NCBI GenBank assembly: GCA_963842525.1
Contig: CAWJGT010000006.1
Span: forward strand, 64,001 to 128,000
From: an uncultured Holophagales bacterium
GTDB lineage: Bacteria > Acidobacteriota > Thermoanaerobaculia > Multivoradales > UBA5704
DNA: 64,000 bases
Direction: 5' to 3'
The position numbers and the translations under genes were made by a program. Of the stretch, positions 61,702 through 64,000 are shown piece by piece. The notes beneath the pieces were generated by a model. That model made no database searches. It was not told where the DNA came from and saw only the letters and a list, made by a program, of their open reading frames with translations. Within the stretch, counting starts at the first letter, position 1. Each line of letters begins with the position of its first letter.

Positions 61702-62414
61702 GCCTCCACGTGGCGATCATCATGGACGGCAACGGCCGCTGGGCGACCACGCGCGGCCGGCCGCGCACGGCCGGGCATCTGGCAGGGGCGGACGCCGTGC
61801 GCCGGACCGTCGAGGCAGCGCCCCGGCTGGGTGTGGAGACCCTGACCCTCTTCGCCTTCTCGTCGGACAACTGGCAGCGGCCCGACCGCGAGGTGCGCGC
61901 CCTGATGGGCCTCTTCCGCCGCTACCTGGCCACCGAGGCCGCGCGCTGCGCCGAGAACGGTATCCGCATCTCGGTCATTGGCCGGCGGGACCGGCTTCCG
62001 GGCGTCCTGGTGCGGGCGATCGAGGACGCCGAGGCCCGGACCGCGCGCGAGCGCAAGTTCTGGCTGCGCATCGCCGTCGATTATTCGGCACGCGACGCCA
62101 TCCTGCGCGCCGCAGCCCGGATCCGCCGCACGCCCGGAGGCGCCGACCTCTCGCGCGAGGACTTCTCCCGCCTCCTGGCCGATCCGCCGCAGGCAAGCCC
62201 TGTGCCGGACGTCGACCTGCTGATCCGCACCGGCGGCGAGAAGCGCCTTTCCGACTTCCTCCTCTGGGAATGCGCCTACGCCGAGCTCGCCTTCACCGAC
62301 CGCATGTGGCCCGACTTCGGAGCCGAGGACCTCCAGGCAACGCTCCACGACTTCGAGGCCCGCGAAAGGCGTTTCGGGAGGGTCTTGGAAGAGCGGGAAC
62401 GCCGGGCAAGTTGA
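61698..62414 (+). CDS. uppS: Undecaprenyl-diphosphate synthase (cis-prenyltransferase)
   Basis: [54 protein letters not shown]. Confidence 0.95.
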   Translation: MSLHVAIIMDGNGRWATTRGRPRTAGHLAGADAVRRTVEAAPRLGVETLTLFAFSSDNWQRPDREVRALMGLFRRYLATEAARCAENGIRISVIGRRDRLPGVLVRAIEDAEARTARERKFWLRIAVDYSARDAILRAAARIRRTPGGADLSREDFSRLLADPPQASPVPDVDLLIRTGGEKRLSDFLLWECAYAELAFTDRMWPDFGAEDLQATLHDFEARERRFGRVLEERERRAS

Positions 62415-62662
62415 GCCGGTAGCATCTGCGCTGTCCCTCACGCCCTGGGCTACGTGCCCGTCACCCCCTTCGGGGGTTGAATCCGACAAATTTACGTAAT
62501 TGGATTCAGGGTGGGCAGTACTAAGGTTCCGTGAGAGGAGTATATCCAGCAGACGACCAGATCTATCTTATGCTAAGAGGCCTGAGAGAGCCGATAGCGA
62601 GATGGCCTCCACGAAGCTGAAAGAGATGCCCTCGTTACCTGACGAGGACCAGGAGGGGTTGC

Positions 62663-63658
62663 ATGCAAGCTGGCCTAGAACCTCCGCAGGCCTCAAACAG
62701 CGCGAGTCAAAGTAATGAATACACTGATGAGCAATGGCGGAATCACAGTCCTCGGTTTAGTCGGGTGGCGCATCGCATCGCCACGATGGTCATCGCCGCA
62801 CTTGTCCTTCTGGAGCACCGCTACCTGGGTATCTTGGCATGGGTTCTCATTCTTCCCGGCATCTTTTTCTCGGTGCAATTTCTCGTTAGACTTGCGTTTG
62901 ATATTGGCCTGTTTCACTCGCAGCCGAGTGAACAAGTGGACTCTCTGCGTCGTTGTCTCGAAAAAAGCACGATGTGCTCCGATTACAACGCAAACTTTCC
63001 TTTCCGCCTGACTCTCATCATCTTCCTGGTGTTGTTCCCGCTTTGGATCGGCTTCTCTCCGCCCTGGGGCGTAGTTGCGTTCCTCATCGTCTTGGCTGTC
63101 TGCGGGCATTACACAATCTACCGGCCCGTGGCAGTGGTCTTCTTCGGAGCATCCAGTGAACAGTCGCTTGACGTTCTCTCTACCGTGGAAACCGCGTCAT
63201 CGCCGTTCAGAGCCATCTCATTGCTACGCATGGGCACATTCCAGAGAATGGCTGGTAAGGGACAGGTTCTGGGAACGTCGCGATTTCGCTTTTGTCCCGA
63301 GTGCGTTGACGACTGGCAAGCGGCTGTAAAGGACATGATTCATGCAGCCAAGCTGGTTGTGGTTGATGCGCGCGTCGCTACTCCGCTGGTTGTGTACGAG
63401 GCGGCGCTTGCACTCGCGCCGGAATTCCGTGACAAGACGTTAATCGTCTCGGGCGCTGAAGGCGTACATCCGGTATTAGAAGCGGTCATTGCCGCGGATC
63501 CATCAGTATCTGTTCCCGCACACCAGGTTGTGCCCGAGGGGAATATCGGACCGAGAGTCAGATCCCACTTGCAGGAGCTCATTTCACAGTCCGTCCAAGA
63601 ACGGCGCTTGCGACGGTCGGGTGATGAACGCACAAAGCGCACCTCATCCGACCCATGA
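62663..63658 (+). CDS. Hypothetical membrane protein (4 TM + soluble alpha/beta domain) in a low-GC segment; start uncertain
   Basis: Long ORF with hydrophobic helices and a C-terminal DWQAAV..MI.AAKLVVVD..YE region; GC visibly lower than the flanks. Confidence 0.6.
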   Translation: MQAGLEPPQASNSASQSNEYTDEQWRNHSPRFSRVAHRIATMVIAALVLLEHRYLGILAWVLILPGIFFSVQFLVRLAFDIGLFHSQPSEQVDSLRRCLEKSTMCSDYNANFPFRLTLIIFLVLFPLWIGFSPPWGVVAFLIVLAVCGHYTIYRPVAVVFFGASSEQSLDVLSTVETASSPFRAISLLRMGTFQRMAGKGQVLGTSRFRFCPECVDDWQAAVKDMIHAAKLVVVDARVATPLVVYEAALALAPEFRDKTLIVSGAEGVHPVLEAVIAADPSVSVPAHQVVPEGNIGPRVRSHLQELISQSVQERRLRRSGDERTKRTSSDP

Positions 63659-63737
63659 ATGACGAGCCTGGACGCTGACGGCTTGTCGAGCTATATAACA
63701 GCCCGCGGGGGCTTTCCGAGACGATGCACCCCCGGCC

Positions 63738-64000
63738 TCAGCGCTCCCGCCGGGCAGGCCGGCTGCGCGAATAGAGGGCCTCTCGATGGGCCGTGCCCTC
63801 GCGGGCGACGTGGAGACGGCCGGCGGCGGCCAGCCGGCGCAGCGTCACCGAAGCGGCGCGGCCGTCGAGGGGCTGGCGCAGCTTCGCGCCATAGCGGCGG
63901 TTGACCTCGCGCGCGATGTCCGAAGGGTTGAAGGTCTCCTCCGGTTGGCGGCTCTCCACGACACGGGCGACCAGCCGGCCTACCGGACGCCTCTTGCCTG
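63738..64000 (-). CDS. Partial hypothetical protein with winged-helix-like C-terminus (5' end outside the window)
   Basis: ...RPVGRLVARVVESRQPEETFNPSDIAREVN...ASVTLRRLAAAGRLHVAREG...ALYSR; frame open to the window edge. Confidence 0.6.
   Translation of the reverse strand, partial: GKRRPVGRLVARVVESRQPEETFNPSDIAREVNRRYGAKLRQPLDGRAASVTLRRLAAAGRLHVAREGTAHREALYSRSRPARRER

Overview
High-GC bacterial chromosomal window. An Acidobacteriota / Thermoanaerobaculia-like origin is inferred from the acidobacterial-type VWA protein and the repeat content; it is not proven. Housekeeping genes include methylmalonyl-CoA mutase, class II RNR nrdJ with tandem NrdR boxes, an RNase Z-like MBL hydrolase, an RlmD-type methyltransferase, a SulP/DauA transporter, ygfZ, iscA-like, tdk, an ECF sigma/anti-sigma pair, glycogen debranching enzyme, a sulfurtransferase, sufE and uppS. 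They flank a ~30 kb hybrid PKS-NRPS cluster (16.7-46.7 kb) built from three paralogous copies of one assembly line: one decayed, one split with aminotransferase + luciferase-like monooxygenase (LLM), and one fused, lacking the aminotransferase and ending in a Cys-type thioesterase. The domain logic suggests a 3-amino-2-hydroxy-acyl peptide (microginin/amastatin-type chemistry). Other notable signals: (i) several families of palindromic REP-like elements inserted in frame into protein linkers; (ii) a ~730 bp non-coding, inverted, hierarchically periodic (20/20/21 bp) AGCT-core array upstream of a PD-(D/E)XK-like gene; (iii) a small secreted precursor with a C-terminal GxGIDPxG motif upstream of a ZAS-zinc-finger/TPR protein, a candidate peptide-signalling pair. 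Several single-base frameshifts in otherwise intact genes suggest long-read indel errors.
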